Both the position numbers and the translations under genes were made by a program. A DNA stretch of 64,000 bases. Source: an uncultured Gemmatimonadaceae bacterium. GTDB lineage: Bacteria > Gemmatimonadota > Gemmatimonadetes > Gemmatimonadales > Gemmatimonadaceae. Below, in pieces: positions 18,071 through 28,354 of the stretch (its first letter is position 1; each line of letters starts with the position of its first letter). The stretch covers positions 832,001 to 896,000 of the forward strand of contig CAWBOC010000009.1 in the NCBI GenBank assembly GCA_963790305.1, given 5' to 3'. Under the pieces are notes generated by a model. It was not told the origin of the DNA. It made no database searches and worked only from the letters and a program-made list of their open reading frames with translations.

Positions 18071-18136
18071 GAGATGCATATGCCAGGAGGCGGCTCATCG
18101 ATCCCTCCAGTTCACGACCTCCCGCAGTGGATCCTC

Positions 18137-18859
18137 CTACTGAGGAGGTCGCTGGACGGTCAAGTTCCTGAAGTGCGCAACCGTTCCGGGTCCGATCCAG
18201 AGCGCGACCGAGCCCTTTGCTGACGCACCGGTCTTCACGTCGTTGACGATGAGCGTCGGCTGCTCCTGACCGTGCACGTAGAGGCGCGCGCGGTCGCCGC
18301 GCACCTCGATCCTGATCCTCGTCCATACGCCGGGCTGGAGATCGACGTACGATTCGTACTTCGACGGCGTCTCACGCCGAAGTCGAAACCACGTCCACTC
18401 GGGGTGTGAGATGTATTGAGCGGCGTGATTCCGCCGCTCCTGATCCTCGGCTCGGCCGTTCGTCGGACGGAGGTAGAACGCGTCGTAGGTCTGCATGTCG
18501 TTCTGCAGCCGGAAGGCGATCCCGACGAACCCGCGCGCTCCACCAGCCGCGCCGGGGCCCGGCGCGCCGGCAATCTCGACCTCGATGACGCCGTTCGCGA
18601 ACTCGAGGCCCTCGATGACGGCGAGCTGCTCGAACAGCGCTTGTTGATCCGGCGTCATGCTCTGCAATCGGCGCGAAGCGTCTTCCGAGATCGCAACTCG
18701 CAAGCCCTTCTTGCCTTCGAGCACCGCGGGTTCGGCCGCTACGTTATGCAGGCGAAGGCCGCTCGCAGACTCCAGCGGGAAGCGCCTGACCTGAGCTGAC
18801 GAGCCGGCCGGCAGTGTGATGGCAATCGCGGTGAGGACAAACAGCGGCAGCTTGTTCAT
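18137..18859 (-). CDS. secreted beta-sandwich protein, DUF1080-like
   Basis: signal peptide; GFVGIAFR, FYLRPTN, WTRIRIEVRG..ARLYV, HFRNLTV. Confidence 0.6.
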   Translation of the reverse strand: MNKLPLFVLTAIAITLPAGSSAQVRRFPLESASGLRLHNVAAEPAVLEGKKGLRVAISEDASRRLQSMTPDQQALFEQLAVIEGLEFANGVIEVEIAGAPGPGAAGGARGFVGIAFRLQNDMQTYDAFYLRPTNGRAEDQERRNHAAQYISHPEWTWFRLRRETPSKYESYVDLQPGVWTRIRIEVRGDRARLYVHGQEQPTLIVNDVKTGASAKGSVALWIGPGTVAHFRNLTVQRPPQ

Positions 18860-18886
18860 GGCTTCTCCACGTGAACGTGAAGGCCC

Positions 18887-18964
18887 TCACGGGCCACCCA
18901 GTGGATTCTTCACGTTCGGAGGTAGCCTCGTCCAGTGCTCCCGTGTCAGGATTGCTTCAAGATC
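18887..18964 (-). pseudogene. relic copy of the 3' end of the TonB-type receptor gene
   Basis: DLEAILTREHWTRLPPNVKNPLGGP* versus receptor DLEAILTPEQWAKLPANVKNPL; 18899-18964 versus 20449-20514 match 53/66 nt. Confidence 0.8.
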
Positions 18965-19031
18965 GCTGTGCGCGGAGATGGTCTCGACCGCTTCGGCGCT
19001 GGCCGCGGGCGAAAGGAAGCAAAGCGTTTCT

Positions 19032-19142
19032 TGAACGCAGAGGACGCGGAGGTACGCAGAGGAACTTTAACTGCGAGTGCTTTGTGGAAAATGCTCCCGC
19101 AGTTGACGTTTCCTCTGCGTACCTCCGCGTCCTCTGCGTTCA
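19032..19142. repeat. family A hairpin (A1), CGCAGAGGA-type units
   Basis: 19032-19064 is a perfect 33-nt inverted repeat of 19110-19142; the stem continues inward (AACTGCG/CGCAGTT). Confidence 0.95.
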
Positions 19143-19296
19143 CAAAAACTCACTCAGATCAATCCTGGCGAGCCGCACCTTCTGCCCCGTCCTCGCCTGA
19201 TCCCCTACCTAACGCGGGACGACTACTACGTACGATGGCGTATTTCGCTCCCTCGCCGGATGCCCGATTGTATCGGTGTCAGGACAAGAGGGGCTC

Positions 19297-20343
19297 ATGC
19301 GCTACATCGTCGTCGTGGCCGCCTGCATCGGAACGCTCGCCGGGTGCCACTCGGATTCACCGACCGGTCCGCCCGTCTACCAGCCGATACCGCCCCCGCC
19401 GCTGGAAGCGCTACCGTTCGACCAGCTCGGCAGTGGGACGTTCGTGTTCATGCGCGAAGGGGCGGGACCGCCGATCTATAGCGCGGCCTACGTGATAGAC
19501 GGCTCTGGCCGCATCACTCTTCCTGCGCTGGGAAGCTCGGGCCGAATAGTAGATGCCCCGAGCGTAGCGCCAGATGGCCGACGGATCGCCTTCCTCGGGT
19601 ATAGTCGCGAGGCCACCGCGGCCTGGGACGTGTACGTCGCGAATCTCGACGGGAGCAATGAGCAACGCGTCGCCACGTTCGACTTCAACGCCGAAGGCCC
19701 GCCATTGTGGACGCCGGACGGAAGCCAGATCGCCTTCGTCGTAGGCGCCGGGGACTACGCGTTTATCTATCGACAGTCGCCAGTTTCATCGCCGACTGAC
19801 CGGGTGGTCGTTCGAAGCCTCATGGGCGCAGCAGACGGCTCACCGTGCCCCTTCATGCATCGCTCGAACGGGCCCATTTCGGTCTCGGGGGAAGGGGTAA
19901 TCGCGCTTAACTGCATCGGCAGCGAGATCGACGTCATACAGGCCGACGGAACGGTGACGGCCTCATACATCCCTCCGGCCCGACCCGCTGGCCACACGTC
20001 GGTCGTTCATGCGCCCGCGTGGTCGCCCGATGGCGAACAGCTCGCCTTCCTCGAGGAGATTCGCAACGCGAGCGGCTTCGTAGGAACCTCCGTCATTGTG
20101 GTAGAGCCATCCCGAGGACCGCCGACAGTCCTCGCAACGGTGCCCTCGAGTGCCGTAGGCGAGTACACCAACTTCGGCCCGTATTCATTGTGTTGGCTGC
20201 CGGGCGGCTCAGGAATCATGTTCACCGCGCCTGATGGGCCAACGGCGACGCATGTCTTCATTGTCGTACTCGAGAGTGGGGTGGTCACGCGAGTGACGTC
20301 GGCAGCGAACGTGCTCGACCACAGCGTTTCGTGCTCTCGGTGA
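19297..20343 (+). CDS. TolB-like beta-propeller lipoprotein
   Basis: LAGC lipobox; APDGRRIAF, WTPDGSQIAF and WSPDGEQLAF PD40-type repeats. Confidence 0.8.
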   Translation: MRYIVVVAACIGTLAGCHSDSPTGPPVYQPIPPPPLEALPFDQLGSGTFVFMREGAGPPIYSAAYVIDGSGRITLPALGSSGRIVDAPSVAPDGRRIAFLGYSREATAAWDVYVANLDGSNEQRVATFDFNAEGPPLWTPDGSQIAFVVGAGDYAFIYRQSPVSSPTDRVVVRSLMGAADGSPCPFMHRSNGPISVSGEGVIALNCIGSEIDVIQADGTVTASYIPPARPAGHTSVVHAPAWSPDGEQLAFLEEIRNASGFVGTSVIVVEPSRGPPTVLATVPSSAVGEYTNFGPYSLCWLPGGSGIMFTAPDGPTATHVFIVVLESGVVTRVTSAANVLDHSVSCSR

Positions 20344-20379
20344 CCGGGGCAGTACACTGACGCGACCGGTCCATTCTCG

Positions 20380-23300
20380 CTACTCCGCGGGCGGACCGTG
20401 CATCTCGATGCGGACGCCGCCCTCGCCTTGCTGGCCACGCCCCGGCATCAGTGGGTTCTTCACGTTCGCCGGCAGCTTCGCCCACTGCTCCGGCGTGAGG
20501 ATCGCCTCGAGATCCTTCGCGGCCTGCTCCGCCATCCGGCGGGCCGCCTGGAGGTTGTCGCGCATGCGGAACATTGTCGTCTGGGGATCCGGATTAGCCC
20601 CGACGTTGCCCAACACCTCGGCGATCTTCGCGATGGCTGTGTCGGCGCGGGCCTGAAGCGAGTCCCCCTTCACCGTGAGCGCGGCCTTTTGCTCAGCCGT
20701 CAGCCCCAGCGCCAGTGAATCGTTGAGCTCGATTGTCCGCCGGAATGGATTCGGGATCGTTCGCTGCATGCGCTGGCGCAGCTGCTCGGCGTTCATCTGC
20801 CGGCCACCAGGCCCGCGCGTCATCGCGCGAATCTGCTCGCGCGCTGGATCGGAGCCTAACGCCGCACGCACCTGAACGGCCAGCTGGAATGGCGAGCGGA
20901 ACGCGCTCCGCGACCCCTGCGCTGCACCGAAGCGCTCGTTGATCTCGTATTTGAAGCGCTGCGCGCTCGCATCGAAGCCGCGGACGTACATGAGCGTGCG
21001 ATCGGGGAAGCTCGGCTGGCCCCAGCCGCGGAGGTCGTCGTGCAGCAGCTGATCGAGCCCGGCGAGCGCATTGAGTGCGAGCACCGAGAAGGTGACGCGC
21101 CGGTTGAGCCCCCACCGGTTCGGACGGATGTTGAGCTGAAGGTCGAGCGACGAGCTCCAGGGCGCCGAGCAGGAGTTGCGCGACGCTATCGTCCCGAGCT
21201 GCGATGACAGACACTCGCGCGCGCGCTCCGGCGCCGTCGTCAGCAGGCGCATCATCCCGTGGACGACGGCGGTGTCGTATATGCTTTGCGGGCTAAAGGG
21301 GAGATGAATGAAAGCGCGATCGTTGCGCGCGCCGTCGCCGTTGACGTCGCCGCCGACCATCGGCGTGAAGCGCGCGCCCGAGCTGGCGCGGAAGATGGCC
21401 GAGAGCTCGAGTCCGGGGTTGAACGGCCACATGATCGTGCCGGTGATCGAGTGCCGACGCTCCTGGTCGCTGCGCCCCCAGTCGACGACGCGCGGATCAC
21501 CAGCGACGGACGAGCCGCCAAAGCCCTGCCCGCCACCCATCACCTGATCGCGCGAGCGCGTGAAGGTGTACGAGGTATTGAGCATGATCAGCCGGCGCGT
21601 GAAGAATCCATTCACGCCAAGGGTGAGCTGGCGCGTGTCCGACTTGAGCTTCGATGTGAGCTCGTTGACGAACCCGAACGTCTCGTAGACCCGCGAGGCG
21701 AGGAGCGGAACACCGCCGGTCATGGTGTCGATGGCCGCTGGACTCACGAACACCGGCCGATTCCCTTCCTCGGCGAGCGTGAATCCCGGCGTTGGGACGA
21801 GGTTGAGGTCGGTCGTCCCCATCTGACTCACGCCCCGCGCGAACGACGCGTCGAGCGAAACGTTCACGCGCTGATCCAGCAGTCGCCGGCTCACACCTAA
21901 CGATCCACGCCACGCCCTCGGCGCCCCGAAGCCGGGATCGAACACCGTGACGTTGGGCCTCGCAATGCGCTCCGGCGCCGCCGGGCCGGTGCACTCGGTG
22001 GGGATCCAGCCGGGGTCGCTCACGTACGACTCCCAGTCCGGCAGCGGTATCGACGACCCGATGCAGACGAGCTGGAACTCGCCACTCTGAAGCCCGGTCG
22101 CCTCACGAGCGAGGCCGAACAGGTGCGAGGGCGCGCGTCCGCGGAACTCGCCGATCCCTCCGCGAATGGTGAAGTTCGCCGGGCGGAACCGACCCTCCTG
22201 GCGGTTCTCGACGAGTCCGGGCATCCAGGTAAAGCCGATGCGTGGACTGACGTGCACCTCCGATGGGAATCGATCGGTGCGACGTCCGAACACCGATTCG
22301 ACGGCCGGGTTGTACGTCGCGGCCTCGGGATAGCGCGATGCTTCGAGGCGCACGCCATACGTGAGCTGGAGACGCGAGCTCTTGCGCCAGGCGTCGCCGA
22401 GGTAGAGCGCGGCGTTCTGGGATGCAGACTTGCGGTCGCCGGCGCTGAGCGTGCGGGTGAATTGGGCCGGGTTGTTGTTCTCGAAGTCCTCGAGGCTGTT
22501 GAAGGTGAACGTGCCGTAGCGATTCGGGATGAGGCCGACGTTCGACCGCTCCTGATTGAGCAGGCCGCCGAGCTTCACGCGGTGGGCGCCGTCCGGTGAG
22601 ATCCAGGAGATCTCATCGGAGATCTCGCGAAGCATCGTGCGCGTGGCCTGCGGCAGTGATGGGTTGCCGCCGAACTGAAGCGTCGTGATGCCGCCGGTGA
22701 TCGTGTCGCGCGTCACGACACGGCCGTCCGGGATCGAGATGTAAGGGTCGGTGTCGCGATTGTCGACCGACTGGTAGGCGCGCAGCTCGTTAATGAAAGA
22801 GCCGAGCTGCGACGTGAGCGTGAGCATGCCCCCGCCGCCGGTGTTGTCCCCTTCCCCGCCGTTGTTAGGTACGGCGAGTGGTCCGATGCGGGTGGCTTCC
22901 TGTGCGGACCAGCGAAAGTCGCCGCGCGCCATGAGCGTGTGAGAGTCGGTGAGCCGGTAGTCGGCGCGAACGAGAGTCGAGGCGTGGTCGACGAGGGCGT
23001 CGCGCGGGATGCCGGGAAGCGTGGCCGGGATCCCCTGCGAGTTCATGGCGACGAGGAAGCGATCAACGAGCGCGGGGTCGGTGCCTAACCGCTGGAGCGT
23101 GACCGAGTCGGCGGAGAGGAGCGACATGAGGTCGGTCGTGCGGCGCGAGATCGTGAATGCACCGAACGCGAAAGCCTTGTCCTTGACGATCGGCAGGCCG
23201 AAGCCGCCCGACAGCTGGTTCTGCCGGTATTTGCCGAACGACGCGTCCTCATCGACGAACTCGAGCGACGGATCGCGGAACGAGTAGTTGAAGACCCCCT

Positions 23301-24057
23301 GCTTCATGTTGGTGCCGCCGCGCGTCGTCGAGGCGATCATGCCACCGGTGAACTGGCCGCGGCCGACGTCGTAGGTGCTGGTGATGATGCGCGTGTTGCG
23401 CAGCGCTTCCTGCGGGATCTCGCTTCTGCCGAAGGAGAGCCCGTCGAGGGTGATGCTGTTTTGGTCGGACGGCTGGCCGGCGACGGAGAAGGCCTGCGGC
23501 GTGGAGTCGGTGCCGGCGATGCCGATGACGCCGGGCGCGAGCGTGGCAAGGTCGTTGAGGTTGCCGGCGTCGACGGGCATGCGCGTCGTCTGGCCTGACG
23601 AGAGCAGGCGTTCGGTGTTGCCGGCTTCTGGTCGTGGCGGGCCTTGGGGTCGCTGTTGGCCGCGGACGACGACGGGGGCGAGCTCGTGGGCCTGCGCGCG
23701 GGACATTTGGACGTTGGCGACGAGGCGGTCTTCGTCGGCCTGGCGCTGGACGGTGGTCTGGAACGGCGCCATCCCGAGGTAGGTGACGCGGAGCGTGTAG
23801 GCGCCGCCGCCGTCGGGGAAGACGATGGAGTATTGGCCTTTGGCGTTCGTCAGGCGGTTCCGCGTGATTCCCGACTCAGCCGAGGTGACTTCGACGCGGG
23901 CGTTCTCGAGCGGGAGAGAGTCGGGGCCGGTGACGCGGCCGAGGATGATGTCGGTGGTCGAGCCAACCTGGGCCTTTGCCGGGAGCGGCACTATGACCCA
24001 GCCCAAGGCAAGGCTGAGCATCGCGAGAACACGGACGCCACCAGGAATAGGACGCAT
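20380..24057 (-). CDS. TonB-dependent-receptor-like outer membrane protein with carboxypeptidase-regulatory-like N-domain and helical C-terminal tail
   Basis: signal peptide, ILGRVTGPD..PL..ARV, plug-like LATLAPGV..NSITLDG, YDV.RG.FTGG, barrel strands, LTAEQ/LTPEQW tail. Confidence 0.85.
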   Translation of the reverse strand: MRPIPGGVRVLAMLSLALGWVIVPLPAKAQVGSTTDIILGRVTGPDSLPLENARVEVTSAESGITRNRLTNAKGQYSIVFPDGGGAYTLRVTYLGMAPFQTTVQRQADEDRLVANVQMSRAQAHELAPVVVRGQQRPQGPPRPEAGNTERLLSSGQTTRMPVDAGNLNDLATLAPGVIGIAGTDSTPQAFSVAGQPSDQNSITLDGLSFGRSEIPQEALRNTRIITSTYDVGRGQFTGGMIASTTRGGTNMKQGVFNYSFRDPSLEFVDEDASFGKYRQNQLSGGFGLPIVKDKAFAFGAFTISRRTTDLMSLLSADSVTLQRLGTDPALVDRFLVAMNSQGIPATLPGIPRDALVDHASTLVRADYRLTDSHTLMARGDFRWSAQEATRIGPLAVPNNGGEGDNTGGGGMLTLTSQLGSFINELRAYQSVDNRDTDPYISIPDGRVVTRDTITGGITTLQFGGNPSLPQATRTMLREISDEISWISPDGAHRVKLGGLLNQERSNVGLIPNRYGTFTFNSLEDFENNNPAQFTRTLSAGDRKSASQNAALYLGDAWRKSSRLQLTYGVRLEASRYPEAATYNPAVESVFGRRTDRFPSEVHVSPRIGFTWMPGLVENRQEGRFRPANFTIRGGIGEFRGRAPSHLFGLAREATGLQSGEFQLVCIGSSIPLPDWESYVSDPGWIPTECTGPAAPERIARPNVTVFDPGFGAPRAWRGSLGVSRRLLDQRVNVSLDASFARGVSQMGTTDLNLVPTPGFTLAEEGNRPVFVSPAAIDTMTGGVPLLASRVYETFGFVNELTSKLKSDTRQLTLGVNGFFTRRLIMLNTSYTFTRSRDQVMGGGQGFGGSSVAGDPRVVDWGRSDQERRHSITGTIMWPFNPGLELSAIFRASSGARFTPMVGGDVNGDGARNDRAFIHLPFSPQSIYDTAVVHGMMRLLTTAPERARECLSSQLGTIASRNSCSAPWSSSLDLQLNIRPNRWGLNRRVTFSVLALNALAGLDQLLHDDLRGWGQPSFPDRTLMYVRGFDASAQRFKYEINERFGAAQGSRSAFRSPFQLAVQVRAALGSDPAREQIRAMTRGPGGRQMNAEQLRQRMQRTIPNPFRRTIELNDSLALGLTAEQKAALTVKGDSLQARADTAIAKIAEVLGNVGANPDPQTTMFRMRDNLQAARRMAEQAAKDLEAILTPEQWAKLPANVKNPLMPGRGQQGEGGVRIEMHGPPAE

Positions 24058-24127
24058 TCTGAAATAGGCCTTGTTAAGCGGGAGAGCCCCACCACACCGG
24101 AGTAGTCTCTAGTGTTCGTCACCTAAT

Positions 24128-24154
24128 TACGGGGACCGGGTTTGCCGCGTTGCA
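24128..24154 (-). promoter_or_regulatory. candidate ECF-sigma promoter of the receptor gene
   Basis: minus strand TGCAAC-N17-CGTA. Confidence 0.5.
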
Positions 24155-24300
24155 ACGGACTTTGATCCGCAGGTGGCGGGTTCGAGACGAACGAATCATT
24201 TGGAGCAACCTCATTCGGATAGGCGGCCTGGATTGCCGGCAACCGGCGCGCGTGCCATCATCGCCGTAGCGGTACAGTGGCACTCATACGGAGGTAGGCG

Positions 24301-25644
24301 ATGATCAGGCTCGCGGCGGCAATCCTTCTTCCTCTCGCGGCACTAACCGCCGCTCTCGCCACGCCGACGCAGGCACAATCCCCGCTGAGCAGCCAGCTGC
24401 AGGCGCGCATCACGGCGATCGAGCCCAAGGTCGTCGCCTGGCGGCGTGACATTCACCAGCACCCGGAGCTCGGCAACCGAGAGGTCCGCACCGCCAAGCT
24501 GGTGGCCGATCACCTGCGTGCGCTCGGGATCGAGGTGCAGACGGGCGTCGCACACACCGGCGTCGTCGGACTATTGCGCGGTGGGCGGCCGGGACCGGTC
24601 GTGCTTCTCCGCGCCGACATGGATGCGCTTCCGGTGACCGAGCGCGTCAACCTCCCATTCGCATCGAAGGCGAAGGCGACGTACAACGGCGCGGAAGTGG
24701 GAGTGATGCACGCCTGCGGGCACGACACCCACGTCGCCATCCTGATGGGGGTCGCCGAAGTGCTGGCGTCGATGAAGAACGAGCTTCCGGGGACGGTGAA
24801 ATTCGTCTTCCAGCCGGCTGAGGAAGGTCCGCCGCAGGGAGAGGAAGGCGGCGCGAAGCTGATGGTGAAGGAGGGAGTGCTCGCCAATCCGACTGTCGAT
24901 GCTGCCTTCGCCCTCCACATCTCGTCCAAGCAGGAGGTGAATGGGATCTACTACAAGCCCGGAGGCACGTACGCGAGCTCGGACGATTTTCGCATCACCG
25001 TGAAAGGAAAGCAGACCCACGGCGGATATCCCTGGAACGGCGTCGATCCCATCGTCACGTCGGCGCACATCATCACCGCGCTCCAGACCATCGTGAGCCG
25101 GGGGATGGAGCTCACCTCGAACGCGGCCGTGGTCACAGTCGGGAAGATTCAGGCCGGAGTCCGCGCGAACATCATCCCCGAGCAGGCGGAGATGATCGGG
25201 ACGATCCGCGCCCTGACGCCAGAGGATCGGACACGGATTCACGACCGCGTTAGGCAGATCGCCACCTCGGTCGCGGAGAGCATGGGCGCGACCGCCGAGG
25301 TGCAGATCCCGGTCACGACCGAGTATCCGGTCACCTTCAACAACGAAGCGCTAACGGCTGCGATGGTACCGGTGCTTGAATCGGTGGCCGGCCCGGGCCG
25401 GGTGCGGCTCGTTCCCGCGGAGACGGGAGCCGAGGACTTCTCCTTCATCGCGCAGAAGGTGCCGAGCTTCTACATCCAGCTCGGTGGGCGTCCGGCCAAC
25501 GTCAAGGAAGAGGACGCCGCCGATCATCACACGCCTGATTTCTACATCGATGACAGCGGGCTCGACCTCGGCGTAAAGGCGTTGACGGCAATGACGCTGC
25601 ATTACATGCGCACACGCCCTGCCGCGCGTGCGGCGGCCCCGTAG
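24301..25644 (+). CDS. secreted M20 family amidohydrolase
   Basis: HPELGNRE, LRADMDAL, MHACGHD, FQPAEEG, AEDFSF. Confidence 0.92.
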   Translation: MIRLAAAILLPLAALTAALATPTQAQSPLSSQLQARITAIEPKVVAWRRDIHQHPELGNREVRTAKLVADHLRALGIEVQTGVAHTGVVGLLRGGRPGPVVLLRADMDALPVTERVNLPFASKAKATYNGAEVGVMHACGHDTHVAILMGVAEVLASMKNELPGTVKFVFQPAEEGPPQGEEGGAKLMVKEGVLANPTVDAAFALHISSKQEVNGIYYKPGGTYASSDDFRITVKGKQTHGGYPWNGVDPIVTSAHIITALQTIVSRGMELTSNAAVVTVGKIQAGVRANIIPEQAEMIGTIRALTPEDRTRIHDRVRQIATSVAESMGATAEVQIPVTTEYPVTFNNEALTAAMVPVLESVAGPGRVRLVPAETGAEDFSFIAQKVPSFYIQLGGRPANVKEEDAADHHTPDFYIDDSGLDLGVKALTAMTLHYMRTRPAARAAAP

Positions 25645-25653
25645 CGCCCGGCG

Positions 25654-26764
25654 TTAGCTACCGCTGCGGTCGAGCGCGCTCGCGACGTCGCTGATGAGAT
25701 CCTCCGTGTACTCACATCCCACGCTGAACCGCACGAACCCCTCGCTGATCGCGTCACCTCCCCACCGCGCGCGCCGCTCGGCGCTCGAGTGTACGCCGCC
25801 GAAGCTCGTCGCTTCTCGTACGAGCGTGAGCGCGCTCAAGAACGTCTCTGCACGCTCGCGCGTGCCGAGGTCGAAGCTCACCACGGACCCGAACGCCAGC
25901 ATTTGCTCGCGCGCGATCGCGTGCCCAGGATGCTTCGGCAAGCCCGGATAGTACACGTCCTCGACGTCGGACCGCATCGAGAGAAAGTTGGCCAGCTGCT
26001 GCGCTGAGCCGCACTGCTGCGTCAAGCGCAACGGCAGCGTCGCGAGCGAGCAATGCGCGAGCCACACCTCCATCGGTCCCGGAACCGCCCCATGCTGCGT
26101 TCGCCAGGTCCGCAGCGCGGTCGCCTTCTCGGCGTCGCGGGTAGCGACATGGCCTAACACGAGATCGCTATGACCGGTCAATGCTTTCGTGTCCGAGGCG
26201 ACCACGCAGGTAGCGCCAAGGTCGAGCGGTTGCTGAAGGTACGCGGTGGCGGTGGTGTTATCGACGACAACCTGCACGCCCTCGGCCTTCGCCGCTTCAA
26301 CCAGCACGCGGATGTCGCAGACATCGAGCTGTGGATTGGTCGGTGTCTCGATCAGAAGCAGCTTCGCACCCTGGAGCCGATCTGCCTGTGCATTGTCGCG
26401 CGTAGGCGCCAATCGAACCTCGACGCCGAGCTTCTCGAGCCAGCTGGATGCGAGCAGCCGGGTGGTGTAGTAGCAATCGGAGGGCAGAACGATGGCATCA
26501 CCGGCCGCGAGCGTCGTGCCAAAAATGGCGCTCATAGCGGCCATCCCCGAGGCGAACGCGACCGAATGCCCTCCTTCGAGGACGCCGAGCGCCGTTTCCC
26601 ACGCCGTCCACGTTGGATTCTGGAAGCGGCCGTACGTGAGCGCGTGTCCGGCGGGATCCCCGCGCGCCGTGTACGTGGATGAAAATTGCGGCCCACCTAG
26701 AGAATGGACCCTCGAGCTCGGGACCGCGGTAGCCCGCGTGGAGGATGGCTGTGTCTCGATGCAC
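25654..26764 (-). CDS. cystathionine gamma-lyase/synthase family PLP enzyme; +1 frameshift near 26701
   Basis: N-terminus MHRDTAILHAG joins LGGPQFSSTY..YGRFQNPT..FASGMAA after removing one base; ETPTNP, VVDNT, SDTKALTGHSD. Confidence 0.8.
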
Positions 26765-26833
26765 TAATGTGCGACCTCTCGCATGTTGGCGTTGCCAGAA
26801 ATGGGCGGTGGCTCCGTCCAGTTTAGCATAGGC

Positions 26834-26923
26834 GAGTGGAGAGTGAGAGTGGAGAGTGGAGAGTGGAGAGTGAGGAGTGATACGAATTTCTCACTCTTCA
26901 CTCCCTACTCTCCACTCTCCACT
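26834..26923. repeat. inverted heptamer tandem-repeat element (family C3, GAGTGGA/TCCACTC)
   Basis: about 7 GAGTG(G)A units at 26834-26880, then reverse units at 26891-26923. Confidence 0.9.
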
Positions 26924-27007
26924 GCCGCGGACGACCGGTCCCACTGCGCGGCCAGATCGTCCCTCCATCGTTGCCCGCTCCTGCCACCGGTCTCACATTG
27001 GCCCAGA

Positions 27008-28342
27008 ATGAGACCGATCATCGGCGTCATCGCCCTCGTCGCCGCCGTCTGGACCATCGCGGCCCCCGGCATTGCTGCCGGCCAGCAGCCTCCGCGCCCG
27101 ACGGCGATCGTGAACGTCAACGTTCTGCCGATGGATGTCGAGCGCGTGCTCGCGCGGCAGACCGTCCTCATCGAGAACGGGCGGATCACGCGCCTCGGTA
27201 GCGTCGAGCAAGTAACCGTTCCGCCGGGAGCGGTCGCCATCGACGGCACGGGCAAGTACCTCGTGCCCGGACTGGCCGACCTGCACGTGCACCTGAACTA
27301 CAACCCCGTTGACCACCACGCCCATTTGCTGAAGTTGTTCCTGGTGAACGGCGTGACGACGGTGCTCAACCTCCGCGGCACGCCGCAGATGCTCGAGCTG
27401 AAGGCGAACGTGGCGGCGGGGCCGATCCTGGGGCCGCACGTCTACACCGTGGGCCCCTATATCAACGAGCCGTTCTTCACGACCCCGGATGAGGTGGAGC
27501 GGGCGGTGGTCGAGCAGCGGCGCGCGGGCTACGACTTCGTCAAGCTGCACGGCGACCTTTCGCGCGACGCGTATGCTCGCCTCAACGCCGTCGCACGGCG
27601 CGAAGGCATTCGCGTCATCGGGCATGCACCCCGCAATCTCGGCATTGAGGCATTGTTCGAGGAGAAGCAGTACGCTCTCGTGCACGGCGAAGAGTTCCTC
27701 TACGATCGGTTCAACCGCTCGACGGATTCGTCGCTGCCGCACGTGGAAGCGCGCATTCCCGAGCTTGCGCGCGAGACGGCACGGGCGGGGATCTGGCTCA
27801 TGCCGAACCTCACCGGGTACAAGGCGATCGCGCGAATGGTGCGCGATCTCGATGCGTTCCTCCGCCAACCGGAGATCCGATACCTCCCGCGCGGGAATCA
27901 GATCGGCTGGGGGCCGGCCACGAATCCCTACACCAATCGGATGGCTCCCAGCAGGTACGAGCCCATCATGATGCGATACCGCTTGCTCGAGCACTTCGTG
28001 CGCGAGTTTCGCGCGCGCGGCGTGCGGATGCTCGTCGGAACGGACGCGATGAACACGGGCGTCGTGCCCGGCTTCTCGACGCACGACGAGCTCGCCGATC
28101 TCGTGGCGGCAGGGCTCACGCCTTACGAGGCGCTGCGCGCGGCGACCGCGAATGCGGCGGAGTTCCTGGGAGAACCGAGGCGAGGCACAATCGTCGTGGG
28201 CCAGGATGCCGATCTGCTCCTGCTCGATGCCGATCCTCTGAAGGACATCACCAACACCCGCCGCATTGCAGGCGTAATGCGGGGTCAGCGATGGATGGCC
28301 CGCGCGGATCTCGACGCCATGCTGGCTGAGCCGGTGCCGTAG
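27008..28342 (+). CDS. secreted metal-dependent amidohydrolase
   Basis: PGLADLHVH (HxH), GVTTV, GTDA, G.I.VG.DADLLLLDADPL. Confidence 0.88.
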   Translation: MRPIIGVIALVAAVWTIAAPGIAAGQQPPRPTAIVNVNVLPMDVERVLARQTVLIENGRITRLGSVEQVTVPPGAVAIDGTGKYLVPGLADLHVHLNYNPVDHHAHLLKLFLVNGVTTVLNLRGTPQMLELKANVAAGPILGPHVYTVGPYINEPFFTTPDEVERAVVEQRRAGYDFVKLHGDLSRDAYARLNAVARREGIRVIGHAPRNLGIEALFEEKQYALVHGEEFLYDRFNRSTDSSLPHVEARIPELARETARAGIWLMPNLTGYKAIARMVRDLDAFLRQPEIRYLPRGNQIGWGPATNPYTNRMAPSRYEPIMMRYRLLEHFVREFRARGVRMLVGTDAMNTGVVPGFSTHDELADLVAAGLTPYEALRAATANAAEFLGEPRRGTIVVGQDADLLLLDADPLKDITNTRRIAGVMRGQRWMARADLDAMLAEPVP

Positions 28343-28354
28343 CTGCGGCCCGTG

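Noticed and set aside
18075..18110. GGAGGG + ATG (MSRLLAYASL) on the minus strand as a truncated gene start
   Set aside because: Too short to assign; it runs antisense into a real gene and may be chance.
18946..19143. ORFs reading NAEDAE..RRG / SASSA (also at 36248, 58609 and 58669)
   Set aside because: These are translations of family A hairpin arms, not supported proteins.
14392..20343. Integron cassette array
   Set aside because: Genes are in mixed orientation, there is no integrase, and no convincing paired RYYYAAC...GTTRRRY attC sites were found.
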